DNA of 64,000 bases, taken from the NCBI GenBank assembly GCA_028534125.1, contig CM052816.1, positions 744,001-808,000 on the forward strand, read 5' to 3'. Source of the stretch: Lama glama (taxonomy: Eukaryota). Of the stretch, positions 25,464 to 38,116 are shown piece after piece. Made by a program: the position numbers and the translations under genes. Position 1 is the first letter of the stretch. Each line of letters begins with the position of its first letter. The notes beneath the pieces are model-generated. The model made no database searches and was not told the DNA's origin. It was given only the letters and a program-made list of their open reading frames with translations.

Positions 25464-26547
25464 TTCTCAGCTCTGGGAGACCAGCTTTTCTTTAACGAAT
25501 GACAGGAATCCCCGCAGGCGCGCGCCAGCAGCGGCGCACGGAGCCGGCGCGCTTCCACGCCTTTTGTTCCTGATTTTTCCTTCAATTTCTGCCATCGGCA
25601 AAGCATCTGAACAATAGAGAGGGGTAAACATGCCAGCTTCCTTTTTAAAGAAGACGCTCCAGGAAAACAATTTGTCTTTTAAATTTCTTTAAACAGCTTT
25701 TCTCTCTAGAAATGGGAAGACTGAAATTCTGGTTAATTCTGATTTTAAATTTCTGCATGGCAATTTGGAAGTAAATATTCATCCCCTAAGGCCTCTCCCA
25801 TTCACCTATGGTGAGGGGGCACCGAGACTCCGCAATTTTATCCCCCCGAGGGTGCGAGGGTCTGCGTGAGCCCTTCTGACCACGGAATCCCAGAAAGAAG
25901 GTTGGTGACCGGTGGTTACCTCCAGTGGCGGGCGACTCAGGGGGTCTGGCCATCTGCCCAAGTGGGATGCACTGGGTAACCTGTTTAAGATTCAGTGCCC
26001 ACCCTCAGAAATTCCCGCGTGGGCGCCCACATCCTTGACCTGACATACCCACCACCAAGACACTTGCCTTCCCACCCAGTGAGCGACGGCAGAGCGAGGA
26101 CATAGATCCTCCTTCTGCTTCAAGGGCTTTATAAGATCTGTGGGCCAGCGCTGGAGGAACTGACCCTCAGAAACTCCTGGAGCCGAGGCTGAGGCCATAG
26201 GCGGAGATCGGGTGGGAGTAGGAGGTGGGAGGGTCCAGCTGAGACAGCAGGAGACAATGCCAAGGGCATGGAGTGTCCGGCCCCTGGCAAGAAGGCTCAG
26301 TAAGAACTGAATGACGAGGCAGCGGTCCCTGTAGAGGCCCAGAAACCAAGGGTCAGATGCACTTGTGTCCCCAGTCATTTCTCAGATGCCCTGTGGGTTC
26401 TTAACTTTTCCAAACTTTGTTTTCAACTCAGTAAAGGAGATTGATACTGAATAACTTCTGAGGATTTTTCGGGATGTTAAGTCTGGGCTAGTAGAATAAG
26501 TACATTAAAAACAACAACAACAACAACAAAACAAAACAGAGGGGGTG

Positions 26548-26620
26548 GGGGGAATAGCCCAGTGGTGGAGAGCATACATGAGGACCTGGGCTCAATCCCC
26601 AGGACCTCCATTAAAAAAAA
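26548..26620 (+). mobile_element. Vic-1-type SINE (short)
   Basis: atagcccagtggtggagagc...cctgggctcaatccccaggacctccattaaaa. Confidence 0.8.
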
Positions 26621-27459
26621 ATTATAAGTTTAAAGAAAACCAGAAAACAAAGAAGCAAACAAAAACAACTTTTTAAAGGAATTATACCAAATAGTTGTTG
26701 GGGGGGGTAAAGGCAGATTTTTTTTTTTAAGTGAGGCTTAAGGATACAAGTAGATGCTAACCTTCCACACCAGGATAAATAAGATAAAGAAAGAAATGGG
26801 AATACAAAGAAGCATTTAGATGGTCTATTCCTAGGGTGGGGAACCTGGATCATCTAAGCCACAGGAGGGCAGCTGTGTTCACATCAAGTTAGTTACAGTT
26901 GGTGCGTCTGTCTCATTTTTTCAGTCCCCTTAGCCTCACGCCTGGCACAGCTGGGGTGTCCCCAGGAAGGTCATTAGCATGAGTCAGTCCCCGGGCCCAC
27001 CTTACAGTTCAGGACTCTAGTTCTTACCATTCAGAGCGAGGTTTAGGAGCCAGACCTTTCTTATTTCCCAAGCCCACGACACAGGCTTTAGGACGCACTT
27101 TCTTGGCAAGCTACTACAAGCCAAGAGTTTTTGGTTCCCGACATTCCACAGGTCTGGGAGAAAACGTTTTGGTGACCATGTCTTTTCACAGCATTAATGG
27201 TGGCTGAGACATTAAAGGGACACCCCTTCAGTGACTGGACTCAGTAGCAGTTATGGGGCAGCTGACTTTCCAGCCTTCAACTCCTGTACGCACCAATAAT
27301 TGTCTATTTTCTTGTTGAGTCAGTGAGACAGCAGCCCATGCCTCTCTCTCTCCAGGACTTCCAAAAATACTACCTGAATTTGGTACCTGTCAGGATCCCC
27401 TTGGCTTGATGAGAACCCTTTCATCAACAGTCCGTTGTATTAAAGGACCCATAACAGCT

Positions 27460-27930
27460 CGTGATAGTGATAAAGAAAAAAGCATCCATGACGCTCAATA
27501 AAGCACAATAAGGCAATCTTTGTTCAGGGAAGATAGGTGTATGGACCACTGCAATGGGCTTTTGCATTGGGGGAGAGATTGGGCTCAACTCTGAATATAA
27601 GAAGGAAAAGTGGGAGTTTATAGCCAAGGAGCAGGGTGGGAGTCAGTAGACAGAATATTACAAAGAGGAAATATTACGGGTAAAGAGGCATTCTGGCTCA
27701 ACTGACCTGACCTACGCGGATTCTTAAAGGCGGGCCATGGTGATCAGATACCAGCTAAGGGATGGTGGGGGATGAGTGACATGATTAGAGATCTCAAGGG
27801 TGATCAGAAATCTTGAGGGTGGGGTGTTCTGGTTAAACTGACTTAGCAGGATTCTTGCTAAAATTGGACGATGCAGAGCAAGAATGAAAGTCCAAAAGTC
27901 AAGTCTAGATGAAAAAATGCTCAGGGAGTG
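27460..27930 (-). mobile_element. ERV1 LTR, MER31/MER67-like
   Basis: ggaccactgcaatggg...ggagagattgggctcaactctgaat...tttatagccaaggagcag...caggattcttgctaaa. Confidence 0.75.
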
Positions 27931-29060
27931 TTTAGGCATATGGTGAGCTAACCATACTTGGGACAAACTGCGTATTTGTCCATTTGACAAAGCTGGTTAG
28001 AATGATGGGGAAAATATTTTAAAATTTAGTTGTATATTATTAGAAGTATGAGTTTGAGGGGTTTTTCCCCCCCATTTCTGGTTTTGACTTTTTCTTTCAC
28101 ATATGCGTGTTCCAGCAACAATTATAGAAGAGACTATTCTTTCTCTATTCACATAACTTAGAAGTTTTGTTGCAAATCGATTAGCATATATATTTATATT
28201 TCTCTTTCTGGACTTTTCCATTGACCTATGTGCCTACGCTTGTTCCAATACCACGTTGTTACTCCATTTTTTCTTCTTTTGAAAATTTGCTTTTCAATGT
28301 TAATTTTCAAATAAACTTGTCAATATCTGCAAAAAAAAAAAAAAAAAGAAGAAGAAGAAAAGAAAGAAAGCTCAGAGAAACCTGAGTAGAGTTTGGCTGA
28401 AGAGAGAATCTGCCAACAACAGGCCAGTCTTTATCTAGCAGAATAAAATAGAGCAGAGATGATCAGGGTGAATCATGATTTCTCTGGGTTCCAGGCAAAA
28501 AAGCATGAGAAACACTAGTTTACAGAGTGAAATCCAAATTCTTTAGCCTGGTATATGAGGACCTCTTACCTCATCTTCAGATTTGTCACAGAGTTCCCCC
28601 CAAATAGCAAATAGTTTGCATAATGGTCACTCATTTCATCTTTATGTTGTGCCAATGCGGATTTCACATCTTCCGGAACAAGCCCCCACTGGCTTACCCC
28701 TTGAGCCGGGCTGCTCTGAGTTGACACCCCGTAAAAGCTAAACTGAATTAACTCAAAGAGGAGAGAGATTAGGGACAGCACATCTGCTGGCAATTATTTC
28801 AGTATTTCCAAGGAGATGACTTCAACAAGACAACCAGAACGCATAAAAGATGGATGGGGGACTATGAATTCTAACCAGTTAGGTCTGGGAGATAAAAAGC
28901 AAGGGATAACTGAAGGTGATAACATCCAAGTTTCATGGAAGGGTCTCAAATTTATTTAGAAGGGACTAGAAATAATCATAAAACAAGCAGAAAAGTAAGG
29001 CTACAACAAGTTTCCTAATATTGCAAGCCAAGTTAGCGGGTGGGGATGGGTGTCCTGGCC

Positions 29061-29495
29061 TGTGTGAGTATCTTATGGCTGCCATAACAGATTGCACAAA
29101 CCTGAAACAACAGCAGTTTATTCTCTCACGATTCTGGAGGCCAAGTGTGAAATCAAGGCATAGGTAGGACCATGGTTTTGATTTGACAGCTCTAGGGAGG
29201 AATCCTCCCTTGCTTTCTCCTGGTTTCTGGTGATTACCAGCAATCCATGGGATCCCTGGCCTCGTAGACACATCACTCCCCTCTCTGGCCTCTCTGTCAC
29301 ATGGCCTTCACCCTGTCCTCACATGCCTGTGTATAAGCACACCCATCACTGCGTTTCGGGCTCACTCTAATGCAGTATGATCATAACTTGTTCACAACTA
29401 CAGAGACCCTGTTTCCAAATGTAGTCACTTTCACAGGAATAAGAGATTAGGACTGAAGTACATCGTGTTGTGGGGCATATTTCTACCCATTACAG
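29061..29495. mobile_element. MLT1 (MaLR) LTR, MLT1C-like
   Basis: ggctgccataacagattgcacaaac...tttattctctcacgattctggaggcc...gaccctgtttccaaat. Confidence 0.8.
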
Positions 29496-29771
29496 GACCC
29501 TAACTGCCATCCCCATCTGCACATGGAGTCAACTGACCTTGAGGGGATGAGGGTGAAGGGAGACTGGCAAATCAAGGACCAGTAATTAGAGAGTGTCAGG
29601 AAACTTCTGGAATAGGTCATGCTATGTTTAACAGATTAAGTGAACGTACTTGGAGCGTTTGAGGAATGGGGAGTAATTCAGAATTCTTTGTGTCTGGAGC
29701 AAAAATATGTGGTGCCATCTGGGGGCTCAAATACAGAAAAGTAAACGGAGATACACTAAAATAACAGGTAT

Positions 29772-29864
29772 GGGGCAGGGGGGGTGTGATAGCTCAGTGG
29801 TAGAGCACATGCTTAGCATGCATAAGGTCCTGGGTTCAATCCCTAGGACCTCCACTAAAAAAGT
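29772..29864 (+). mobile_element. Vic-1-type SINE
   Basis: atagctcagtggtagagcacatgcttagcatgcataaggtcctgggttcaatccc; TSD taaaataacaggta / taaaataagaggta. Confidence 0.92.
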
Positions 29865-32123
29865 TAAAATAAGAGGTACAGAACACTGAAAAGTTTAAAA
29901 GTTCACATACAGTTAATTGAGGAGGAAAAGGTATTTATGATAAAGAAATACCTGTTAAGTATCTCTGGCTGTCTGCTGGGGTGTACTTAGGTAAGAAATT
30001 TTGTTCGATCCATGTAAACCAGGTATTCTATGATCATATCATAAACAGAGAAACTTTTCCACTGCCTCCCAGCATCTAAGTAACTTACACAGCAAGGGAA
30101 CAGAAATAAGAGTTCCCCTTTCCTGGGACAGACTGAGAGAAAACACCCAAGGTAGCGACACCATGGTTATGTGACTTAAACTGCACCTGAGTGGGCAGGA
30201 GGCAAGATGGAGATGAAGGGGCCAGGATAGGGTCTGTGCGCTGAGAAGGGACCAGGACACGCATCAGAGTGTGGGATCCAGCAAGCAATGAGCATCTCTT
30301 ACCTATAGGACAGACTCCAAACACTTCATGTGGTCCTTAAGTCTCCAGCTTCCTGGGGTTGTGGGGTGCATCACGCGATAAAGCACGGGTGGTAAGCCTA
30401 GCAAATACTGAACATACTGTGCATGGTGTCTCCCGGCCCCACCCCTACACATCTGTAGCACTGGGCCCTTGACCACTTCTCCCTCCCAGAGCCTTAGTTG
30501 CCGTTCTGAGATTCCAGGATCCTGGGATTCACCTCACTTGAGAAACAGACAGAAAGGAAGGTCAGAAAAGATGAAACTTACATGAGTGGAAACATCCAAA
30601 GAACTGCAGTGACCAGAGTTGGTTTCCTCCTAAAAGAGCCACAGCCTGTCGAGGAGCCAAAGCTTGGAAGTCAGCGAAGACAGAGAAGAGGGGAGGCAGG
30701 AAGGACAGACACGGTGAAGCAGCTGTGTTTTCACAGGAAACAGGGTTTCCCTCAGGTCTCGCAGCAGCTGTGAAATGCCACAGTGCACTCATCTTGGACT
30801 GACTCTTACGTTCTTTACCAGGGACACCTCAGATCTGCTTGCTACACTCACTCATGACTCCGCAGTTAAGTTATCGTCACCTCTTGACAACCCATGACCC
30901 TCAGTTAACCCCACCTCCGAACGGCGTCCAAAGCAGAAGTGACCCCCCCACTTCCCTGATACCCTCTTCCTCCTCCTCCATCCTTCAGCTGCAACCAAAC
31001 CTTACAAAAGACGCTTATCTTCTCGCTTTATCAAACCTCACTCCAGCCTCCTCTGGACTCCCTCCCTCATGGCACCAGCACAATAAATCTGGTTGCTTCA
31101 GTTAACTGAACTCGCCAAAATACAGACGGGTCCCTGGTATTTCGGCTGAGTCAGTGTTAACACTCCAGTGCTCGTGAACAGTTCCCCTCAAACTGATGTC
31201 TGGGGTCTTGGTTTGGTTTCCTTGACAACAGCACCCAACATGTGACTTCAAGGAAAAGGAATGACACTTTTTTCCAGTGACCAACTGGGCCATTTTAGAG
31301 GTACTTTCACTGGAACCTTTTTGGAGTTGTTGGTTATGTTGGTCTTTGTGTAGTTCTGCAGGTCTTTTTGACTTCATCAAAAGGGAAAAAAAATAAAAAA
31401 TAAAAACCATAAAAATAAATGAGCAGCCTTCATATGGCAGCTGGGAGGCCTGTATTGTGAGAAAACGGATCAAGCCAAGTTCCTTCACTCAGTGGATTCT
31501 CACTGAGCCCTTTTCACGGGCCAGAGCCTCTGCTGGATGTTGGGTACCAGGTCAACGCCCTGCTGTCCTTGTTTGCTGGAAGCCTGCGAATAAGTTGCAG
31601 TAATATCCAGCACTATTATTTCTAGGACTGCTCGTCAAGCTACAGTTTCTCAAGCATCTACTGTGCCCAGAACCATGCTGACCCCTTCACAGCAGAGCTT
31701 CACAAACCGCAAAGAGCTAGAGAGGCCCCTGGCATCTGGTTAACCATGCAGGCTGTGCTTGGGGCCTGAGAATTCTATTTCTAATGAGCTCCCAGGAAGG
31801 CAGATGTGGCTGGTCTGGGAACCACAGTGACATGAGGCATCTTTACACACCTGCCTCTGTGGTCGGTCCACAAGCATATTCTGTGGAGTGATGACCTGGT
31901 CCCAAGCGGGAGTTGTAATTGCTGCCCTTCTGTATCTAAATACTGGGTTTGGGGAAAGCCTCACATGGTACTTCACAGTGCACAGTTTACTTTCCATGTT
32001 TGACATAATTTATGGTTTCCTTTGCTACAGCCCATTCACCTTCTGACTCTGCAAGATGAGCCTTCTCCTCCCTCCTCTCTCACCTCTGTTCTCTCCTGCT
32101 CATCCCTGTCAGCCAAGGGCTAA

Positions 32124-32124
<1 letters not shown>

Positions 32125-32163
<39 letters not shown>

Positions 32164-32326
32164 TTAAGGGCTGGATTCATGCAATTGTGGGGGCTGGAAA
32201 GCCCAAAATCTGCAGGGCAGGCCAGCATTCAAGGGACAAGACCAGGGGAACAGGTGATGTTGCAGCTCAAGATAGAAGGGAGTTTGCCAGCAGAATTCCT
32301 TCTTGGGGCTGGGGTTGGGAGGAGGC

Positions 32327-32411
<85 letters not shown>

Positions 32412-32597
32412 AATATCACTTTACTCTTAAGGCCTTCGACTGATTAGACGAGGCCCACCCACCTTATGGCGCATAATCTGCTTTTACTCAAAGTCTACTA
32501 ATTTAAATGTTAATCTCGTCTGAAAAATACCTTCACAGCAAATCTAGACTAGTGTTTGATCAAAAATCTGGGCACCCTGACCTTGCCAAGTTGACAC
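32125..32597. mobile_element. MLT2 (ERVL) LTR containing (GATT)n 32125-32163 and (TG)n 32330-32402
   Basis: aggccttcgactgattagacgaggcccaccc...aatctgcttttactcaaagtctac...gccaagttgacac, resuming as ataaaatgaacc after the nested LTR. Confidence 0.82.
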
Positions 32598-33106
32598 TGT
32601 CGACTGAAAAAATATGCACCACCTCAAAGTTGAGAGGTTTTAGTTTGGCGGATTTTCTGAGGACTTGAGCCTGGGAGGCAGCCTCTCAGATCACTCTAAG
32701 AGACTGCTCTGAACAGGCATGGGAGCAGTCAGGATATATATGAGTTTTTTGCAACAAAGGCCAGGTAGCCAGAATATCAAAAGATTACCATTAATTAAAG
32801 AAAACCAGATATCCCAAGTTAAGGAATTTAGTGCTTTTCTATGTATAAGAAGGTGCAAAAATCTGGGCTCATTGAAATCATTATTCCTTTGACAAGCCCC
32901 TAGCTATCTAGGGCCAGTGTCCTGTCCTTTTATATCCTGAGTCCCCTCAGGGGGCACTGTTGGGGGTGGCAGCAGAGGCTGGCGGCCTGCTTGTCTGCAC
33001 CCTGAGCTCCCTCTGCTCACCGTCAGGGGTGGTGGTAGTGGCTGATGACTTGATGGCTGTAGCATCCTCTGTTTACTGACATAGCTGACAATATTTGTCA
33101 TTCATA
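32598..33106 (-). mobile_element. ERV1-type solo LTR nested in MLT2
   Basis: tgtcgact...cattcata with flanks acac/acgc; collinear with 21036-21565. Confidence 0.82.
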
Positions 33107-33304
33107 ACGCATAAAATGAACCACCCATCCTTCTGTTTATTTTGCAGGAGTGTCTGAGCATTCGAACTTCCACACCCCTGCTCCCTGTCAGGGTCAGGGC
33201 CTCGGCTCCAGCCTGACCTCTCCCTCCTTTAAGGCACACACTATAATTCTCCCATCTTTAAGGTGGGACCCGTGTTCCCTCAGCCACTGCCACTTTTTTC
33301 TGCA

Positions 33305-33437
33305 TTTACCCCCCACTGAAGAGGAGGTAATTAGGTTTCTTCATTGATTTCTGCTTGGAAGAGGTACCAGGAATTGAACCCGGGACCTCTTGGGTGCTAG
33401 GCATGCGCTTTACCACTTGAGCTATACCCTGCCCCCA
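33305..33437 (-). mobile_element. Vic-1-type SINE
   Basis: ggaggtaattagg...ggaattgaacccgggacctc...ttgagctataccct. Confidence 0.88.
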
Positions 33438-33899
33438 ACTGTCCCTCTTTCTTGAAACACATTTGCCTGTCTGGGTTTCCAAGGCTCAGCACTGCCCAGA
33501 TTTCTCTCCACCTCACAGTGGCTGCTCCTTCTCTTCCTGCCTCCTCTCCTTCCTGCCTCCTGCCTCTCTCCTCCATCCCCACTTTCTCCTTCCCCTTCTC
33601 CTCCAGATTTCCCTCCTCTCTTCCCAGTCTCCAAAGTTGGCATGGCAGGGCCACCCTCTCCAAGGCACCTTCTCCACCTGCACTCATCCACCCCACGGTT
33701 TCAACTTCTGCTCTGTGCTGTGACAACAGATTTCCTCCGCTAGCCTTGGCTTTCTCCCAGGAGGGTCATAATTATTTGTCTTTTGGGCATTTCAGACCCA
33801 GCAAGTCCAAAACCCATCTTTGTCTCCCAAACCCTTCCCAGAAACCTGCTTTGCAGTCTCCCAGGCAGACCTTCCCATCACTCAGTTGGAACCAAAACA

Positions 33900-34485
33900 A
33901 CAGCTGTTCCTCACTCCTTTAACACCCAGCAGCACACCCTGGGGGTAATCACCATTGCTCACCAGCCTTAGACCTCCAGACTCTGGAATGGACCATGTCC
34001 TGCCTCTATTTCTGTGGCTGCTTCCAACATGGCCTCTACCTCTGCCATCCAGCTCTAGTCTGTTCAGCACAGTGATCATGGTAAAATGAAAGTGTCATTT
34101 GGACATGTCCTCATTTGAAACCCTCCAAGTGTAAAATCCAGTCTCTCCATTCCAGAGTCCCTCTTTCTCTAGGGAGTCAAGCTCCTGCTTCATGGCCTTT
34201 GCATGAGCTGTTCCCTCTGCTGGAATGTTCTTCATGCCCACTTCTGTTCAGTTCACCCTCCACCTGCTCTCTGCTCAAATGTTACCTTCTCATAAAGGTC
34301 CTACCTGACCACCCTACCAGGCTCCTTCTTACCCTGTTTTATTTTTTATGCCATCTATCACCAATGGCATCATACTGCAAAGCCATTTATTTATTATCTG
34401 GTTCCCCTTCCAACTTCTAGAAGCCAGGATCTTCTGTCCACTTCTGGTCTCCCCAAAGTTGAAGCGATTGGTGGCACAGCAAACA
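33900..34485. mobile_element. L2 fragments
   Basis: ggcctttgcatgagctgttccctctgctggaatgttctt...ctgctcaaatgttaccttctc, typical L2 3' region. Confidence 0.65.
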
Positions 34486-34507
34486 TTTCATATCCACAAC
34501 ATACTAT

Positions 34508-34797
34508 AAACCTAACCCACCACCTAAATCAATTAGAAAAAGAAGAACAAAAAGCCCCAAAAAGCAGCAGAAGGAAGGAAATAATAAAGATCAGAGAGGA
34601 ATTAAATACAATAGAGATTAACAAGATCATAGAAAAAATCAACCAAACCAAAAGTTGGTTTTTTGAAAAAGTAAATAAAATCGACAAACCTCTGGCCAAA
34701 CTCACAAAGAAGAAAAAAGAGAGAGCACAAATTAGCAAAATAAGAAAGGAAAATGGAGAAATTACAACAAACAAAATAGAAATACAGAATATCATAC
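34508..34797 (+). mobile_element. Young L1, uninterrupted ORF2 segment running into a gap
   Basis: Open frame NLTHHLNQLEKEEQKAPKSSRRKEIIKIREELNTIEINKIIEKINQTKSWFFEKVNKIDKPLAKLTKKKKERAQISKIRKENGEITTNKIEIQNII. Confidence 0.93.
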
Positions 34798-35297
34798 NNN
34801 NNNNNNNNNNNNNNNNNNNNNNNNNNNNNNNNNNNNNNNNNNNNNNNNNNNNNNNNNNNNNNNNNNNNNNNNNNNNNNNNNNNNNNNNNNNNNNNNNNNN
34901 NNNNNNNNNNNNNNNNNNNNNNNNNNNNNNNNNNNNNNNNNNNNNNNNNNNNNNNNNNNNNNNNNNNNNNNNNNNNNNNNNNNNNNNNNNNNNNNNNNNN
35001 NNNNNNNNNNNNNNNNNNNNNNNNNNNNNNNNNNNNNNNNNNNNNNNNNNNNNNNNNNNNNNNNNNNNNNNNNNNNNNNNNNNNNNNNNNNNNNNNNNNN
35101 NNNNNNNNNNNNNNNNNNNNNNNNNNNNNNNNNNNNNNNNNNNNNNNNNNNNNNNNNNNNNNNNNNNNNNNNNNNNNNNNNNNNNNNNNNNNNNNNNNNN
35201 NNNNNNNNNNNNNNNNNNNNNNNNNNNNNNNNNNNNNNNNNNNNNNNNNNNNNNNNNNNNNNNNNNNNNNNNNNNNNNNNNNNNNNNNNNNNNNNNN
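34798..35297. other. Assembly gap (500 N)
   Basis: N run. Confidence 0.99.
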
Positions 35298-36749
35298 AGA
35301 TTTTGCTGTTTGCCCCACCCCTCCTCCTATCCCCCCAGCCAACTGTGTTCACAGATGTACTCTGAGGACCTGGGATGGCACCTAGCACCATGAGTGCCTA
35401 GCGGGTACTCAGAACCCATTCGTTGAGTGACTGCATGGTCCTGTACATTCAGCGAGGTAGACAGCATCATCCATTTCCTGGATGAGGAAACGGAGGCACG
35501 GATGGGTTAAGCAGACCTGAGATCACCCAGTTAGGAATTGATGAGGCAGGTTTTAACCGAGGCACTCTGACACTAACTCCTGTGCTGAGCAAAATGCACA
35601 ATAAACACAAAGCTTCAAAGAGACAACAGTGCGCAAGGAGGTGTCAGCTCAGGGGAAAGAACTGGTTAGGGCAGTGAGGACTGAACTGATGCTGTGTGCT
35701 GGAGGTTTCTGGGCCCTGCATTTTATCTGTTTTACAACTGCAGGGGACAGAACTATAAGCACAAATTACTAACACTTCACAGGTTGTTCCCTGCCTGGTC
35801 ACAGGGCTGGTAACTCAGGCAGAGGATCTGGACTTCTAGAGCTGTCTGGGCTGTTTGCTAAAGCACCTTAGCCTGACCTGCTTTGGCCGATTCTTGGTTC
35901 CTCCCCAGGTCTCTTCTCCAGGCCATGGTGCCTGGCTGCTGCTCCTGAGAACGGAGTATACATGAATCCTGTTAACACTGAGTCCAGTTAAGTCTGAAGG
36001 GGGTGGTTCTCACTGGTATCTGCAGCTTCTAGGTAAGATCTCTGGGTGGCCCTGACTGCATCTGGCTGTCATCTGGAGAAACAATCGCTGTTTCACAAAA
36101 TTAAGCTTCACTCCTTTGCTTTGGTCCATTTCCTGCAAAAGTCACAGAATCCAAGCATATGACAAATGGTGATTCCCAGTAATTCCGCTAGTCAGGAGTA
36201 ATTATGCATAATTTAGAGGAAGAAACAAAAGGCACTCAAGTCCATGGAATGAGGAAGCAACAGCGCTAAGAAATGTGTTTCCTTAGTTCTTCCACCTCCT
36301 TTTCACCTGCTCAGCCAGGTCACTTCCTCTGGGGGAACTGGTATAGTCTGCTTGCCCTTGAAATGATATGAGGGAAATCAGTTATCTGCGGTCGTATGTT
36401 CCCTCAGGTAATGGAGAGTTTTTCTGTTTTTTGTTTTTTGTTGTTCTTTGGCTTCTTCTCTGGGAGAGTCCAACTTCAGTGCCAGGCAGATGAAAAAATA
36501 GAAGGGTTGGTGGGAATCAGGCTTGCTCGGGACGCTTTCTCGTAAGCTCCAGAACCTGAAAGATGAAGGATGACCCCAGGAAGACCCTTCTGAGCCTCTG
36601 GACTATGTTCAGCATAGATGGTGGCAAATAGCCCTGTCTGAGGGTCCGGAGGCCCCAGTTCTTCTTGCCCCTCACTGCCACTTGCCTTCAGGTCAAAAGT
36701 CCCTTAACCTGACCCTCTGCCTCAACGTGAACAGTTAGGTACACTCTAC

Positions 36750-38100
36750 ACTTAAGCGGGCAATGAGCACCCCGACCACGCTCTGGGGGCCGGGGCTGAC
36801 CGAAGCCCCTCTGCGCACTCCTCAGGGTTGTCCGGATGCTCAGAAGGGAAGAATAACGGGCAGCTGTGAAACTCCGCAAATACGCTTCACCCTAAAAAAG
36901 CGAAAGCTGACACCTTTGATGTCCCACAGAGGACGAAGCGGGGAATGGAGTCTTCCTTTCTCCAGCCCTCCTCGCCTCTCCGGCGGCCGCGGGACCGGCG
37001 CAGAGAAGGGTTTGGCTGGAAGGAGGGTGAGCCTGCCGGGGCGTGGGATGTGGGCGGTCACACGGGGATCCGGCAATGGAGCGGCTCACGGTGCGCGGCA
37101 GTCTTCTCCCTCCGCTCCCCCCTCCCAATTCCAGCCTTCAGCCTCGGCTCCAGGATCGGCCCTTCCAGGCGTCCAGATGCCCTTGGGGGAATCTGCAGGG
37201 GAGAGCAGCGAAGACAGGAGCCCCCAGACCGACCTTCCCACGGCAGGGCGCACCCGCGCGAGCCCTCCCGCCGGACCGGGTCCTCGGCCCCCGCCCGCGG
37301 GCGCGGTCCCCGCCGTGCCTCCGACGCCCCTGCCTCCGTCCCCGCCTCGGCGCGCGTCCCCCGCGCAAGCCCGTGGGGAGGCCGGGCGGCCGCGGCGCGG
37401 CGGCCCCACAAAGCCCCCCGGCCGGGCGCCGAGGCCCGAGCGCGCGCGGAGCGGGGCGTGGCAGGGCGGGGCGCGCGGGCCCGGCCGGGCCGGGGGTGTC
37501 GGATGTCACCCCCTGCGCACACCTCGGCTGGGGGGCGGGGGAGCGAACCACTGAGATGCGGAGACCTCCTCGGTCCTAGAGCGGAGCAGGAAGTGTCCCA
37601 GGGGAGGGAGCCGGAGGGCTTCGGCCTTTCCTTTCCTCCGCGTCCGGCGGGCTCCCGAGGCGGCCAGGCCTGCGCGGCCCGCCAACTGGGACGCGGCGCG
37701 GCGGTGAGTGCGGCCCGAGCGGCCCGGGCTTCTGCGGCCCGCGTGCCCGCTCGGCGCCTTCCCGCGCGCCCGGCTCCGCGCTCCCCCGGCCCCGGGCTCC
37801 CGGCCCCGCGCGCTCCGGCCTCCCTCCCCGGAGCCGAGCGCTGAATCTTCGCGCAGGGGGGATAAGACAACGCAAATGCTGTTTTTCAGGTGCCTCCATT
37901 TGCTCTCACTTCTTCCCTCCCGAGCGGAGCCGAGGTTTTCTGCAGAAGCAGGAGACGGGGGCTCGGCTAGCCAGGGAGCCTGGCCGCTGCAGAGAACCCG
38001 CCTCGGGGAGGACACCCGGGAGGCCGGGCTGGAAGGATGAGGAGCTGCTGCCGTAGACTTCCGCCACAGCAGGAGGGATTTGAGTTAGACGCCGGGAAGG
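36750..38100 (+). promoter_or_regulatory. ZNF496: CpG-island promoter of ZNF496
   Basis: Very high GC and CpG density, GC boxes, ETS site CAGGAAGTG at 37587-37595, donor GCG|gtgagt after 37703. Confidence 0.9.
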
Positions 38101-38116
38101 AGTTCCAGACTGTGAG
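37890..38116 (+). other. ZNF496: Candidate ZNF496 5' UTR exon
   Basis: Acceptor gtttttcag|gtgcc and donor GAG|gtgagg. A further candidate UTR exon lies at 39556-39672 (ttcgcag| ... AAG|gtacc). Splice-signal evidence only. Confidence 0.5.

Noticed and set aside
29772..29864. tRNA-Ala-like sequences with A and B boxes (here and at about 12 other sites)
   Set aside because: They have A-rich tails, TSDs and imperfect stems, so they are tRNA-derived SINEs rather than tRNA genes.
21036..33106. Two same-family, same-orientation LTRs 11 kb apart as a possible provirus
   Set aside because: Each is nested in a different older LTR (MLT1, MLT2) that resumes on its far side; no PBS, PPT or internal ERV sequence lies between them.
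34602..35391. Long ORFs spanning N runs (also 54429-55076)
   Set aside because: Artefacts of translating gaps.
36763..38040. Overlapping 100-299 aa ORFs on both strands
   Set aside because: Pro/Arg/Gly/Ala-rich frames expected from stop-codon scarcity in a CpG island; no recognisable domain.
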